NCBI GenBank assembly: GCA_019651595.1
Contig: BOYQ01000003.1
Location: 222,423 to 286,422, forward strand
Origin: Candidatus Poseidoniales archaeon
Lineage (GTDB): Archaea; Thermoplasmatota; Poseidoniia; Poseidoniales; Poseidoniaceae
Direction of reading: 5' to 3'
Length of the DNA stretch: 64,000 bases
Numbering within the stretch: the stretch's first letter is position 1; each line of letters opens with the position of its first letter. Below the pieces are notes generated by a model, which searched no databases, was not told the origin of the DNA, and saw only the letters and a list, made by a program, of their open reading frames with translations. Made by a program: the position numbers and the translations under genes. Positions 39,983 through 51,602 of the stretch are shown here, piece by piece.

Positions 39983-41002
39983 GTGGGTCGAATGCTCCAG
40001 TGGGCGCGTCAGCGCAATCATGTTCTCCCCTTCACCGTCGCCGCAGGCGGTACGTGGATTGCATTGACCATCGCCCCGCAACTGCACTGGTCGATGGCGG
40101 TCGTGGTTTTGTTGGCGACCATCTTCTTGGTCTACCTCGAACTGCTCACACAATGGTCGTTCCGTGCGCCAACCAAACGGAAACCGGCGTTGGAACTCAC
40201 GGGATGGAAACGGCTTGACATCACGGTTGAAGGCTACCGGCTGGCTCATTACCTCAAAGCAGGCGAACCAAACAAACCGGTTGCATGGCTTTGCCACGGA
40301 TGGACATCAGGGGCCATCAGAATGGTGGACAGGGCCAAGCCGTTTGTGGAGCGTGGCTGGAACGTGGTGCTGTGGGATTTGCCAAGTCACGGCGCATCCG
40401 ATCGACTGTCGAAGTGGAGCGCAGAGCAAACAACGACCCTCATGATTCAATCCATGAATTGGCTCGCAAAGGATCGACCAGCATGGTTTGCCAACGGCGT
40501 GTGCTACTACGGCCACAGCATCGGCGGATTCATCGGCCTTCGGACCAGTCGGCGCCGTTCGGAGTTGAACTCCGATGTCAACATCCTCGGCTGGGTGTTT
40601 GAGTCGCCCATGACAGGTTACACGGAAATCCATGCAGAAACCTGTAATCTGCTTCGCATTCCGCACCGATTGCGTCCATGGGTCCTGGCAAAAACGATTC
40701 GTCATTTCAACGCCATCAACAGCGCTGTCGGGGGTGTAACCTCCCTCTCTGATGTTGACATGCCGGCATGGGGGGTCCCTCGCGAATCAACGCTGTTGGT
40801 GCAAGCCTCCCCTGACAATCGTCTTGGGGAGCGGCATCACGAACGGCTCACGCAAATCATGGAAAAGCCCGAGCACGCAGGGTTGCTCACCGCTCATTAT
40901 CTCTCAGATTTGTCCCATTCGGGCTCCCACATGTCTCCATCGAGGGATGCGGTTTTGAGCGCCTGGTTGGACGAGTGTCTGATTCACTCATCTTCCGTTT
41001 GA
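39983..41002 (+). CDS. membrane-anchored alpha/beta-fold hydrolase
   Basis: N-terminal TM segments. Nucleophile elbow GHSIGG. …WLCHGW… oxyanion region. Confidence 0.65.
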   Translation: MGRMLQWARQRNHVLPFTVAAGGTWIALTIAPQLHWSMAVVVLLATIFLVYLELLTQWSFRAPTKRKPALELTGWKRLDITVEGYRLAHYLKAGEPNKPVAWLCHGWTSGAIRMVDRAKPFVERGWNVVLWDLPSHGASDRLSKWSAEQTTTLMIQSMNWLAKDRPAWFANGVCYYGHSIGGFIGLRTSRRRSELNSDVNILGWVFESPMTGYTEIHAETCNLLRIPHRLRPWVLAKTIRHFNAINSAVGGVTSLSDVDMPAWGVPRESTLLVQASPDNRLGERHHERLTQIMEKPEHAGLLTAHYLSDLSHSGSHMSPSRDAVLSAWLDECLIHSSSV

Positions 41003-42142
41003 GCTGCTTGCTCCCTTGCCAACTCACGCATGTCCTCGACTTCATCGAGTTCATCCACGATTTCCTTTCCAAGCAAGGTTTCCATGACGTCTTCCATGGT
41101 GAGGATGCCTGAAGTCCCACCGAATTCATCACGGACGAGTGCGAATTGTTGTTTGTTGGTCAAAAACACGTCCAAGGCTTGCTCGATGGTGGCGTCCTGT
41201 TCCAGTTTGAGGATTGGCTTCATGATGTCCTTAAGCGTCAATGTCCATTCGTCTCGGCTGGCTGCCATCAGGATTTCAGAACGTATGACCAAGCCGCGAA
41301 CGTTGTCGATGGTCTCTTCATAAACCGGAATTCGTGAAAATCGAAGGATGGTGTTGTCGTCAAGCACTTCTTTGATGGTCTTCTCCATATCAAAGGCCGA
41401 AACCACGGTCCGAGGCGTCATCTCCTCGTGGACCATCACTTCGCGGAGACCAAGCAAATTGTGAATGATCGTCTCTTCATTTTCCTCAAGCGCACCCTCA
41501 ATTTCCCCCAAGTCCGCCATCGCCGCAACATCGTCACGGTGACCATGGCATTTTTCGAGGTGGGCAGGATGGACTTCAGAATTTGAATCGGGCCGATGAG
41601 GAAGAAAAGTGATTTGGTAAACCAGGTCAACAAATATGCCGTTGGTGTGGACAATCGTTTCCAATACGCCGCACCCAATGTCTTGGGAATGATTTCAGAG
41701 AGAAAGAGCACGGCGAGGGTCAAAATGGCCGAGGCGGCCGTGAGAACTTCAACGCCCCAAATCTGTTGCACTTGCGAGCCAACACCGGCTGCTCCCATGG
41801 TGTGAGCGATGGTGTTCAGCGTCAGAATGGCTGTGAGCGGTCGAACCGAATCGTCATCTTTGAGATGAGCCCACATGTCGGCCGTGCGCTTTCCCTCGTT
41901 TTGGAGAATGTTGACGTAGGTCTGCGGCGTTGACAACACCACTGCTTCCAGATGGAACACATGAACGACACGCCTAAGGCGAGCGTGATGTAGAAAATGA
42001 GGAGACCCATGTCTCCTTCGCCGGTGGCGCTGACAGCAACGGTTGCTGCCGAAAACAAGTCGCTGGTCATGTTGTTTCGGAGACCCCTGCCCTTACGGGC
42101 GTAGTTCTTCCGACGGTCGGAGGGTTCTTCAAAATGACGCAT
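41000..42142 (-). CDS. CNNM/CorC-family transporter (DUF21 TM domain + CBS pair + CorC_HlyC), frameshifted
   Basis: Three consecutive minus-strand ORFs (41822-42142, 41436-41960, 40984-41664). These give a DUF21-type TM N-terminus, a CBS pair (…IIHNLLGLREVMVHEEMTPRTVV…) and a CorC_HlyC-like acidic C-terminus. Confidence 0.6.
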
Positions 42143-42226
42143 CCGCTCGGCAACACATTGGATAAGTTTTCATCAATGGGTGAACCTCAAGAAGCCACGA
42201 CCGCTGGGTGAGGCAGGAGGGCCGCC

Positions 42227-44476
42227 ATGTCAGGTGAACATGTCTTGATTTGCGTTGCATGGCCGTACGCCAACGGTCCGCTTCATCTGGGCCACGTCGC
42301 TGGCTGTTACCTGCCGCCTGACATTCAATACCGGTTTGAGCGCGCCATGGGAAACCGCGTGCTGATGGTGTCCGGTTCTGACGAGCACGGCACACCGATC
42401 ACGGTAACGGCTGAGTCTCAAGGTGTCTCGCCCCAAGCCATCGTCGACAAGTACCACGACATCAACATGAAGGCGCTCCTGGACCTCGGGTGCAGTTGGT
42501 CCAACAGCATTGATGCTCGCGGGCCAGAATTCGGTGGGGCTCTGTTTAATCGGACCAGCGATGAAAAACACAAGCGCATGGTGCAAGACAATTTCAACGC
42601 CCTTGAAGCTGGAGGCTTTTTTGAACGAAAGACCACCGAACAGTACTACGAAGTTCACGCCGATGGTTCCGGTCGTTTTTTGCCCGACCGCTACGTTGAG
42701 GGGACCTGCCCTGCTTGCGGTGAAGCCGGCGCAAGAGGTGATCAGTGCGATGCCTGCGGTGCCACCTACGAAGCCGTTGAACTCAAGAACCCCGTTTCGA
42801 AGATGAACCCGGACGCCAACGTCGAAATCCGTGAAACCGACCACTTGTTTTACCGCCTTGACCTCTTTCAAGCAGCGCTTGAAACACACGCCCAGCAACA
42901 GCAATCGGTGTGGAAGGCGAACGTCAAGGCGATGACCAAACAGTGGTTGGACATGGGTCTGCGACCAAGGGCGGTGACTCGTGATTTGTCGTGGGGCATA
43001 CCGGTTCCCCTTGATGGTGGAGAGTGGGACGGCAAATGCATTTACGTCTGGTTTGAGGCCGTCCAAGGTTACTCGACGTGCGCGAGAATATGGTCGCAAA
43101 ACCACGCATCGGAACTGCCGGACGGTGAAGCGACATGGAAACGTTGGTGGTGCGTCGACGAAAACGGAACGCATCCGAGGCACCTCTATTTCCTCGGGAA
43201 AGACAACATTCCGTTTCACACGGTGATCTGGCCGGCCCTCATCTTGGGAATGAATCACGTGAACAACGGATTGACCGCCGACGATCCTGTTGCGCTTCCC
43301 GGTCCGGGAGACTTCGCTTTGGAACACAACGTCCCTGCCATGGAATACTTGATGCTGGCGGGCGGCCAATTTTCCAAATCAAGGAAACATGCTGTATGGC
43401 TTCCCTCGTTTTTGGAAAGGTACGACCCCGACACACTTCGATATTACCTCAGCATCAACATGCCGGAAAACCATGACACGGACTTCAATTGGCCTGATTT
43501 CGTTGAACGAGTCAACAGCGAACTTATTGCTGCGTACGGAAATTTTGTCCATCGTGTTCTCACGTTGGGAGCGCGATTGCCCCGAGAAGGCGGGGCGTCT
43601 CCCTTTGCAGCCTACGACGGTCATGCGAGCGTCCGCGAACATCAGCGGCGCCTCGAGCAAGCGCTTGAGGACATCACAACCTCCCTCCAGCGCCACCGCT
43701 ACAAGGAAGCTCTCCGAGGCGTCATGACCGTGGCCCAGTTCGGCAATCAAATTCTCCAGGGGGCAGCCCCTTGGAAACACCTGAAAGAACAAGGCGAAGG
43801 TTCTGAGGAAAGTTTGGCCACCCTCGCGTTCTGTTGGCGGATTGCTCGGTTCCTTGCCATCACCACCCAGCCGTTCTTGCCCGGTAGTGCGCAGCGTTTG
43901 TGGATCTCCTTGGGCTACGGAGATGAAGTGTCCGACAGGTTGTGGCACGAGGCCGTTGATTGGGAGGCACCCTCTGCATGGCTTGACGAACCACCTCAAC
44001 CGCTGTTCCAACGCTTGGACCTGGACGCTATTTTGGAGGCTGAACAGAGCCTCGTTGAAGAAGGCCCCGAGGACGATGCTGTTCACGGCGTGAAAGGTGG
44101 AAAGAAGAAAGGAGGAAAAAAGATGGAAAACGAAATTGAAGGCGTGACGTACTTGGAATTTGACACGTTCATGAAAGTGAACCTTCGCGTGGGCCGAATC
44201 ATCAGCGTTGATGATCATCCCAATGCCGACAAACTGTACGTCGTGAAACTTGACGACGGGACCGGCGTTGAACGAACCATCTGTGCAGGACTCAAAGCGT
44301 TCTATCAACCGGATGAAATGGAGGGGAAACTCGTCGTGTTTGTTGAAAACCTCAAACCCCGGCCTCTGCGAGGCGTGACGTCAGAAGGGATGATGCTCGC
44401 CGCTGACGACGGCGAAGGTCATGTTCGATTGATCACGGTTGATGGCGACATCAGTACGGGAAGCCAGGTTCGGTGA
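42227..44476 (+). CDS. metG: methionyl-tRNA synthetase with a C-terminal EMAP/Trbp111-like tRNA-binding domain
   Basis: HIGH (ANGPLHLGHVAG). KMSKS variant (KFSKSRKH). Zinc knuckle CPACG…CDACG. C-terminal OB domain …VGRIISVDDHPNADKLYV…. Confidence 0.92.
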   Translation: MSGEHVLICVAWPYANGPLHLGHVAGCYLPPDIQYRFERAMGNRVLMVSGSDEHGTPITVTAESQGVSPQAIVDKYHDINMKALLDLGCSWSNSIDARGPEFGGALFNRTSDEKHKRMVQDNFNALEAGGFFERKTTEQYYEVHADGSGRFLPDRYVEGTCPACGEAGARGDQCDACGATYEAVELKNPVSKMNPDANVEIRETDHLFYRLDLFQAALETHAQQQQSVWKANVKAMTKQWLDMGLRPRAVTRDLSWGIPVPLDGGEWDGKCIYVWFEAVQGYSTCARIWSQNHASELPDGEATWKRWWCVDENGTHPRHLYFLGKDNIPFHTVIWPALILGMNHVNNGLTADDPVALPGPGDFALEHNVPAMEYLMLAGGQFSKSRKHAVWLPSFLERYDPDTLRYYLSINMPENHDTDFNWPDFVERVNSELIAAYGNFVHRVLTLGARLPREGGASPFAAYDGHASVREHQRRLEQALEDITTSLQRHRYKEALRGVMTVAQFGNQILQGAAPWKHLKEQGEGSEESLATLAFCWRIARFLAITTQPFLPGSAQRLWISLGYGDEVSDRLWHEAVDWEAPSAWLDEPPQPLFQRLDLDAILEAEQSLVEEGPEDDAVHGVKGGKKKGGKKMENEIEGVTYLEFDTFMKVNLRVGRIISVDDHPNADKLYVVKLDDGTGVERTICAGLKAFYQPDEMEGKLVVFVENLKPRPLRGVTSEGMMLAADDGEGHVRLITVDGDISTGSQVR

Positions 44477-45106
44477 TCAACCGTTCATGCGGGCTCGAAC
44501 CTCATCCATAACTGCTCTTGACGCAATTCTGGTGCGCTCACCGACGATTTGGCTTTGCGTCTTGAGCGAGGCGGCCATGTCATCCGGCAACCCATCCAGA
44601 TTGATGTCGACGTTGAACAACGCGCCCTTTGCTGCAGCACTCGCCAACAATCCAGCAACGCCCACGTCGGTCACTGCGTTGGCATTTCCGTCGCGAGCGA
44701 GTTGGGGAAGCGCCTCCAGCAATCCCAGTGCCAACTGTGCGGTCTCGAACGGGACCTCCGCTGCGGTTAACGTCGCCGTTCGAATTGCCTCCCTGCGCAC
44801 GTCCTTCTCTTCATCGCTGATTTTTGGCATGGCGTAGCCTTCCATCACTCGGTCGAAGGCGTCGCTGTCTTCGGCGGCTAATTCCATGGCACGATTCATC
44901 ATGGGTGCCGCCATGTCGTGAACGTCCTGTGCGATGGCCCATCCGGCCTCCCACTTTTCCTTTCCAAGCGTTAAATCACACACCATGGACGCTAAGGCTG
45001 CCGCTTGGCCAAGCGCCACTGCGGCCGCTGTACCACCTCCCGGCGTGGGTGCTGATGATGCAAGTGCGGCTTGAAATTCATTCAGCGTCATCCTCGACCA
45101 ATTCAT
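44477..45106 (-). CDS. formiminotransferase-cyclodeaminase-type cyclodeaminase (FTCD C-domain / methenyl-THF cyclohydrolase family)
   Basis: …LASSAPTPGGGTAAAVALGQAAALASMV… signature. Confidence 0.75.
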   Translation of the reverse strand: MNWSRMTLNEFQAALASSAPTPGGGTAAAVALGQAAALASMVCDLTLGKEKWEAGWAIAQDVHDMAAPMMNRAMELAAEDSDAFDRVMEGYAMPKISDEEKDVRREAIRTATLTAAEVPFETAQLALGLLEALPQLARDGNANAVTDVGVAGLLASAAAKGALFNVDINLDGLPDDMAASLKTQSQIVGERTRIASRAVMDEVRARMNG

Positions 45107-46198
45107 TGAATCACCTCTCGGTCAAGCGCCCATTCGATGATGTGCTCATCGGGAACGAATCGGTGGTGTTGGTTCAGTCCCAACCCTTTGACAGCGGCCG
45201 CAACCTTCGCCCGCTCATCTTCCGCTTCAGGATTGAAAAATTCACCTGCAGAAATCATGGCTTGAAGGGGAACAAGGCCGACAATTTCACTTCCGCAAAG
45301 CGACGTTTCATGGTCATTGGCCAAACTCTCACACGTCTTAAACGCCAAATGGAGGGGGCAGTCCTTGACGTTCAAGAGGTTCATCGAGACCTGCGAGATG
45401 CCCAGTTCTTCAACCGGTACACCCATGCCTTGAACACCTTTCAACATACCATGACTCCTGATCTTACCGCCTTGTTCAGATTTCAGCATGCGGCCGCTGG
45501 TTCTGACGATGGAACCAATTTTCCGTGCAACTCTCGCATCTTTTTCATCAACGTTGACGTTGTACGCCACTAGAATGGGCCTCGCACCAACGGTGATGCC
45601 ACCGGAGCGTGCGACGGTTTCCGTCCATGCCATCGCCCCTGCATCTGGCAATCGTGTATCGTCATCGTGGACGGTATCCGTGCCCTTGAGTCGTGCCTCA
45701 AGCCCCTCGTATTCGCCCTTCCGGAGTCGAGAAAGCACGGTTCGTTCATCGCACGACGCTGCAGCACCGTACAGGAAACAAGGGTATGTCCCCTCGCTCG
45801 GCCAAGCGGGCGACAACCGTTCTGGCCATGTCCGCGCACGCTTCCATGGATACGTCCCGTAGCGGTATGAACGGGCAGACATCGACCACACCCAATCGAG
45901 GGTGTTCACCGCTGTGTTGACGCATGTCCAACATGGCCACACTGGCTTCAATCAGTGCAATGGCTCCTTCAACCACCGACTCAGGCGGTCCTGCAAACGT
46001 GATGACGGTTCGGTGGTAGTCTGCGTCCGGTTCGACACCCAACACCGTGCACCCATCGGTCGACCGAACCGCATCCACAATGGCTTCAATCGTCGCCAAA
46101 TCGCGACCTTCGGAGATGTTGGGCACGCACTCAACCAACGGCGAAGTCATGGACGCATCCTGCGCCTCGGGTCCTTGAATGTTCGGCGCTTTGCTCAA
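45103..46198 (-). CDS. ftcD: glutamate formimidoyltransferase, frameshifted near 45750-45950
   Basis: ECVPNISEGR N-terminal motif (ORF 45746-46198). The ORF 45103-45951 contains …SRLRKGEYEGL… and …ARPILVAYNVNV…. Overlapping start/stop with the cyclodeaminase gene. Confidence 0.8.
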
Positions 46199-47384
46199 GA
46201 ATAGAGGGCTTCGGGCGACGTGGAAGAGGTGCCCTGCGAGCGTTTCTTGTCAAGCCTTGTTATGGCGTCCATCATGTCTTTTTGCAAAACGGCAGACCGC
46301 CCGTCGCGAATGGCGATCATCCCTGCTTCAACGCACGTGGCTTTGAGTTCAGCTCCAGAATAGCCTTTGGTTCGCTCCACAATTCGACCGACCGCCACTT
46401 TCTTGGTGTTCATCGATGCAGGTGCACCTTGAGGATGGCTTTTCTGGAATCATCATCGGGGATTGGGATTTCAATAACCCGGTCAAATCCCGGGTCGGGG
46501 GCGTCACCCAAGATGCCCGGTCGGGGGGTTGCAGCGATGTTTTGGGCTCGTGAAAAGGGCAAATCCACCCAGTTCAGCCAACAACTGCATGAGGTCCCTA
46601 ACCCCGGTCGCCGCTGGTTGACCCGTGATTTTGCGCCGATGGCGTCAACACCCGGAAAATACGCTGGTCCTTTTTTTGGCGGGGGAAAACAATTCACGAC
46701 CATACGACCCCCCTCCCCAATGTTTTTTGGGCCAGTTCACTGCCCACCTTTGAATGAACGTCGCATTGGTCTGATTCCCACCGCTTTCGCCAGAAGGGTC
46801 TTCCCGCAGCCGGGGGCCCCCAAACCCAAAATACCCCCGGGCTCAACCCCAACCTTCTCGAACAGCTCGGGTTTGATCGGGGGAGTTCAAGGTTTGGGGA
46901 ACGGATTGACTTGTTTCCAATCCGGCGACGTCCTCGTAGCTGATGGTTGGTTTCTCCACCATTTCGGGGCCACGACCTGGGATGGGCCTGGGCAATTGCC
47001 CCCGAGAGGCTGTCTTGATTGAGGGCGGGCGCACGCCGGGCGGTTTTCGGATCAACCCTGATTGGGATACCGAAACAAATCCCGTTGGATAACGCACGAT
47101 GGCCCTCATGGTCCCAAAAAATCCCGAATTGCCCAACGATGAGCGGGGCATCGGGGAAGATTTACGTTTTTCCCCCGCTCAATTGTTTTTTTTAACGTCC
47201 CATCTCTGCCTCGAGCGTGGTTCGCTCGTTGATGGTTTTTAGTCTCATCCGCGGGGGTGCATAGTCTTCTTGAGGCTGCGAAGGTCGTCCTCTGACGAGT
47301 TGGGCAGCGTGCCTCGTTTCGGGCAACGTCCGTACCCATGTTCCTCGTGGTTCCTCGCGGCGACGATTTAAAAAAATGTTGCAT
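46195..47384 (-). pseudogene. pan: proteasome-activating nucleotidase PAN (AAA+ ATPase), heavily frameshifted in a low-quality sequence patch; probably intact in the organism
   Basis: The C-terminal ORF 46195-46413 matches PAN (…YSGAELKATCVEAGMIAIRDGR…). Further fragments lie in other frames: PGILGDAPDPGFDRVIEIPIPD…RKAILKVH and MVEKPTISYEDVAGLE. The DNA is full of G/C homopolymers. Confidence 0.7.
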
Positions 47385-47444
47385 TGAAACTCAGTACATC
47401 CCCTTGTCAAAGGGTTAAAAGAGCGTAACAAAGAGGTAGGGACG

Positions 47445-47880
47445 ATGGGCGAATGTGAACTCTGTGGCGCCGTCAAGGTCGGCGTCAAGCGTGTACGCAC
47501 GGGGAAAACCGAGGTTGCCGCTTGCGCGGTGCATTGCCCAAAATGAACCTCGCCCCCAAAACGGAGGCCCCCGGGATTCAACGAGCCGGTCGTTCGCATC
47601 TTCACCGTCTCCAAAGAAAGAAGAACGACATTATGTCAAGGTCCTCCAAAGAACTGGCAGACGACTTTCACAAGCGAATAGCCCAAGCCCGAGGGCTCGG
47701 AAATTTGGGAGCCAACAGCAACTGGCAAAGAAAATGGCGGAAACGGTCAACATCATCAAGTCGGCTGAATCGGGAAAGGGGCCCCACGGAAAATGTTATT
47801 CGAAAGTTCGGGTTCTTTCGATTGATTTGATGGTCGAGCGTCGGCCAACGAAAACCGTCATATCAACGCTGGACCCTCTC
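47445..47880 (+). pseudogene. mbf1: MBF1-type transcription factor (N-terminal zinc ribbon + HTH), frameshifted in the same low-quality patch
   Basis: MGECELCGAVKVGVKRVRTGKTEVAACAVHC (archaeal MBF1 Zn ribbon). Then, in another frame, …ELADDFHKRIAQARG…KKMAETVNIIKSAESGK…ENVIRKF (HTH_XRE). Confidence 0.6.
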
Positions 47881-47925
47881 GAGGCATGACGTTCGGAGAC
47901 TACCTCAACGATTTGAGGTGAACAT

Positions 47926-48483
47926 GTGGATTCCATTCCAGTCCATGCGTTGTGGTTGGCCCAGGACGACCCCAAGAAAAACACCGCAGTCCTCGCCTCA
48001 AAGCGAGGGGACTTGACGCTCCACAAGAATGTCCGATCGCTTCCTAAGCGCGGCGTGATTCTCGAACCGCTTTGTGGAAAGGTGTTTGGCCCTGAAGACC
48101 ACGAATTGCTTACGCAGCGAAGGGGTGCTCTGGTCGGTCTTGATTGCAGTTGGGCTCACATTGAGACCTCGGTCGAATCGGTCATGAAACGGACACGCCT
48201 GCAACCCCGCATGCTTCCACTCCTCCTGGCGGCCAATCCCGTCAATTGGGGAAAACCCGGGCGCCTCACGACGGCCGAAGCGCTGGCGACCGTGCTCTAT
48301 TTGGTTGGACGGCGGGACCAGGCGGCTGACGTGCTGGGTGCGTTTCGATGGGGTGGGCGGTTTTTTGAACTGAACCAAGAGCCGTTGGACGCTTATGCAA
48401 GTGCCAGATCCAGCCAGCAGTTGGTTGATCTTCAGTTTGATTTTTTTGACATTGAACGGCCCCCGGAGGGCGATGAATCATGA
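47926..48483 (+). CDS. tsr3: Tsr3-like (DUF367) 18S/16S rRNA aminocarboxypropyltransferase
   Basis: …GALVGLDCSWAH… and …NPVNWGKPGRLTTAEALA… motifs of the Tsr3 family. Confidence 0.7.
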   Translation: MDSIPVHALWLAQDDPKKNTAVLASKRGDLTLHKNVRSLPKRGVILEPLCGKVFGPEDHELLTQRRGALVGLDCSWAHIETSVESVMKRTRLQPRMLPLLLAANPVNWGKPGRLTTAEALATVLYLVGRRDQAADVLGAFRWGGRFFELNQEPLDAYASARSSQQLVDLQFDFFDIERPPEGDES

Positions 48484-49268
48484 AAGATGTCCGTCACATC
48501 GCTGTTCAGAAATTTGTCGACGGTCATGCGTCGTTGCACGAGGAAGCGGTGGCGGTTGAAACACTGATTCATCTTCGATACAATGGAACGACACTGGTCA
48601 GCCTCCTCGGTTCGCCTGAACACGCAGACGAACTCGGCGTCGGCCATTTACTCACCGAATACAACGTGCCGCGAGCGGCTATTTCGGATGTATCGTTCAC
48701 GGATATTGAGGGGGCTGTGGTCGTCGAAGTCACCGGCGAGGACATCGAACTGCGTTCACCGCGCACCGACATCGTGACAACATCATGCGGTGCATGCGAC
48801 CAGGACGACCTTCACGAACTCACCCAACGTTTGTCCAGCGTGTCTCCACCCGAGCATTTGCTGGCCATTCAAGACATCACCGGAGCACTGAAACAATTGA
48901 GGCAGCATCAACAGGGCTTCCAAGCCACCGGCGGCATGCATGCGGCTGCCCTGCTGGAACTCACGGAAAACGAATACATCGTTCGCGAGGACATCGGAAG
49001 GCACAACGCTGTCGACAAAGTCTACGGCGCTTGGTACTCGTCTCGAAATCATCGTCCCGTTGCCCTCCTCCTGTCAGGACGATGCGGTTGGGACATCGTC
49101 GCCAAAGCAGCGTCCATGAACACGCCAGTGGTGGCCTCGTTTGGAGCGGCTTCCAGTCTTGCCATCGACACGGCCCGAGCCTCAGGCATCACCCTCGTTT
49201 CGTTTGTGAAAGACGACAAGGCCATCGTAATTGGTCCCGTTGAGGGTCGATTTCATCGCAAGCATTGA
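48480..49268 (+). CDS. fdhD: FdhD sulfurtransferase (formate-dehydrogenase accessory protein)
   Basis: …GRHNAVDK… signature and the Cys loop …TTSCGAC…. Overlaps the tsr3 stop. Confidence 0.8.
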   Translation: MKDVRHIAVQKFVDGHASLHEEAVAVETLIHLRYNGTTLVSLLGSPEHADELGVGHLLTEYNVPRAAISDVSFTDIEGAVVVEVTGEDIELRSPRTDIVTTSCGACDQDDLHELTQRLSSVSPPEHLLAIQDITGALKQLRQHQQGFQATGGMHAAALLELTENEYIVREDIGRHNAVDKVYGAWYSSRNHRPVALLLSGRCGWDIVAKAASMNTPVVASFGAASSLAIDTARASGITLVSFVKDDKAIVIGPVEGRFHRKH

Positions 49269-49307
49269 GAAGGGCAGGACCGCACGTCCTTACGGGGGGG
49301 TTGGGAC

Positions 49308-51602
49308 ATGCGCAAGCCATCACGAGCACGAACCCCTGATGATACCCAGCCATTGAAGCTCAAGAAGCCCAAAACCAAGGCCGCCGGAATTCCCGCCGTT
49401 ACCTCTTCAGCCCTTCATGGATTGAAAAAGATGGGTGCCCTGAAAACCGTGAAGACCCTGAGCATGGTCAATCAAACCGAGGGGTTTGACTGTCCGGGGT
49501 GCGCCTGGCCCGACCCGGAGCACCGCACGACGTTCGAATTTTGTGAAAACGGTGCGAAAGCCGTAGCCGACGAAGCCATGAAGGCGAACGTCACGCCGCA
49601 GTTCTTTGCAGAGAACAGCGTGCAAGAACTGTCGGAAATGAGTGATTACGAACTCAACATGCAAGGGCGCTTGGCGTCTCCCGTGGTGTTGAGGGAAGGC
49701 GAATCTCACTACGCTCCAATCACGTGGGAGGATGCCTTTGCCATGATTGCGGATGCGCTTAACGCAACATCCACGCCCGACCGGTCTGTCTTCTACACCT
49801 CCGGACGCACCAGCAATGAAGCGGCGTTCCTCTACCAGGCCTTTGTTCGCGCCTACGGTACCAACAACCTCCCTGATTGTTCGAACATGTGCCATGAGTC
49901 AAGCGGAAAAGGCTTGGTTCAGACGGTTGGTATAGGAAAGGGAACGGTCAACCTCCAAGATTTTGACAAGGCCGAAGTCATCTTGGTGATTGGACAAAAT
50001 CCAGGGACCAACCACCCGCGCATGCTGACGGCCCTTCGCGATGCCAAAGATGCCGGCGCCACCATCGTTCACGTTAATCCGCTCTCAGAAGCGGGCCTGA
50101 CTCGGTTCAAGCACCCGCAGGAGTACATGAAGGGCCGACTTCGGTCAACCACGCTCGCCGACCATCACCTTCAGGTCCGAATCGGTGGTGATGCTGCTTT
50201 GCTGAAAGGACTGATCAAATGTCAACTTGAAGCGGGGGCCGTTGATGCCAATTTCGTTGAACAGAAGACCGTTGACTTTGAGGCGATGGCCGAATCAGCT
50301 CGGTCCACACCGTGGGAAAAAATCGTTCAGGATTCGGGGATTTCCAAGTCTGACATTCTAGAAGTGGGTGCCCTCCTTGCGACCTCGAAGGCCACCATCG
50401 CTTGCTGGGCCATGGGCTTGACACAGCACAGGAACGGCGTCGCCGTCATCCAGGAAGTCGTCAATTTGTTGCTGATGAACGGTCACATCGGCCGACCCGG
50501 TGCCGGACTCTGCCCCGTACGTGGCCACTCCAACGTCCAAGGCGATCGGACCGTCGGTATTTGGGAGGCGCCACCGCAGGCCTTTTTGGAGAAAATGGAA
50601 GAGGGACTTGGTTTCTCCCTGCCCAAAGAACACGGATACGATGTTGTTCGGACCATCCAAGCAATGCTGGACGGGCTGGTGGATGTGTTTGTCTGCATGG
50701 GTGGGAATTTCTTATCGGCGACGCCTGACACGGACCTCACGGCCAACGCCATCCGAAAGGTCGGGTTAACCGTTCAAATCTCCACGAAGCTCAATCGTTC
50801 CCATCTTGTCACGGGTCAAACGGCCCTGATTCTCCCCTGCCTCGGGCGAACTGAACTCGACGTTCAAGCCTCGGGTGAACAATTCGTCACCGTCGAAAAT
50901 TCGATGGGTGTTGTCCATCGTTCCTTGGGTGGTTTGACTCCCGCCTCGGACGACTTACGCAGCGAGTCTTGGATCGTTGCACAACTGGCCAATCAAACGC
51001 TTGGCAACCAACACCTCGACTGGTGCGGTTTGGTCGAAGATTACGATCGAATCCGAGACCTCATGGAAGCGTCGCTCCACGGGTTTGAAGATTACAACCT
51101 CCGCGTCAGAGGTGAATTTGGATTTTCACTACCCAACCCTCCTCGGGATCGCCAGGCGTTTGACACCCCCACCGGGCGGGCGCACTTCACCGTCCACCCG
51201 TTGCCGGATGTTGAAATTCCAGACGACCATTTCGTGTTGATGACGCTCCGCAGTCACGATCAATACAACACCACCATCTACGGCCTCCACGACCGATACC
51301 GTGGCGTTCACGGACACCGCCGTGTCGTGTTCATGAACGCTGAGGACATGGTTGAGCGCGGTTGGAAAACGCGGCAGAGCGTCAACATCACCAGTCATTT
51401 CAACGGAGAAGAACGGACAGCAAAGGACTGGTTGTTGGTGCCTTACGAGATCCCCAGGGGAAACTTAGCAGCGTATTTCCCAGAGGCAAACTGCTTGGTG
51501 CCGCTTCACTCAACGGCTGACGTATCAAACACACCCACGTCCAAATGGATTGTCTGCACCCTTGAGGCGTCCGGTGAATCCGTGTCGGGTGAGGAAGAAT
51601 GA
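49308..51602 (+). CDS. molybdopterin oxidoreductase of the FdhF/YdeP family
   Basis: 764 aa. N-terminal 4Fe-4S Cys cluster (…FDCPGCAWPDP…C…). Mo-bisPGD domain architecture. Adjacent to fdhD. Confidence 0.75.
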   Translation: MRKPSRARTPDDTQPLKLKKPKTKAAGIPAVTSSALHGLKKMGALKTVKTLSMVNQTEGFDCPGCAWPDPEHRTTFEFCENGAKAVADEAMKANVTPQFFAENSVQELSEMSDYELNMQGRLASPVVLREGESHYAPITWEDAFAMIADALNATSTPDRSVFYTSGRTSNEAAFLYQAFVRAYGTNNLPDCSNMCHESSGKGLVQTVGIGKGTVNLQDFDKAEVILVIGQNPGTNHPRMLTALRDAKDAGATIVHVNPLSEAGLTRFKHPQEYMKGRLRSTTLADHHLQVRIGGDAALLKGLIKCQLEAGAVDANFVEQKTVDFEAMAESARSTPWEKIVQDSGISKSDILEVGALLATSKATIACWAMGLTQHRNGVAVIQEVVNLLLMNGHIGRPGAGLCPVRGHSNVQGDRTVGIWEAPPQAFLEKMEEGLGFSLPKEHGYDVVRTIQAMLDGLVDVFVCMGGNFLSATPDTDLTANAIRKVGLTVQISTKLNRSHLVTGQTALILPCLGRTELDVQASGEQFVTVENSMGVVHRSLGGLTPASDDLRSESWIVAQLANQTLGNQHLDWCGLVEDYDRIRDLMEASLHGFEDYNLRVRGEFGFSLPNPPRDRQAFDTPTGRAHFTVHPLPDVEIPDDHFVLMTLRSHDQYNTTIYGLHDRYRGVHGHRRVVFMNAEDMVERGWKTRQSVNITSHFNGEERTAKDWLLVPYEIPRGNLAAYFPEANCLVPLHSTADVSNTPTSKWIVCTLEASGESVSGEEE

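Noticed and set aside
42230-43369. 379-aa minus-strand ORF inside metG
   Set aside because: Antisense to MetRS, which has HIGH / KMSKS motifs on the plus strand.
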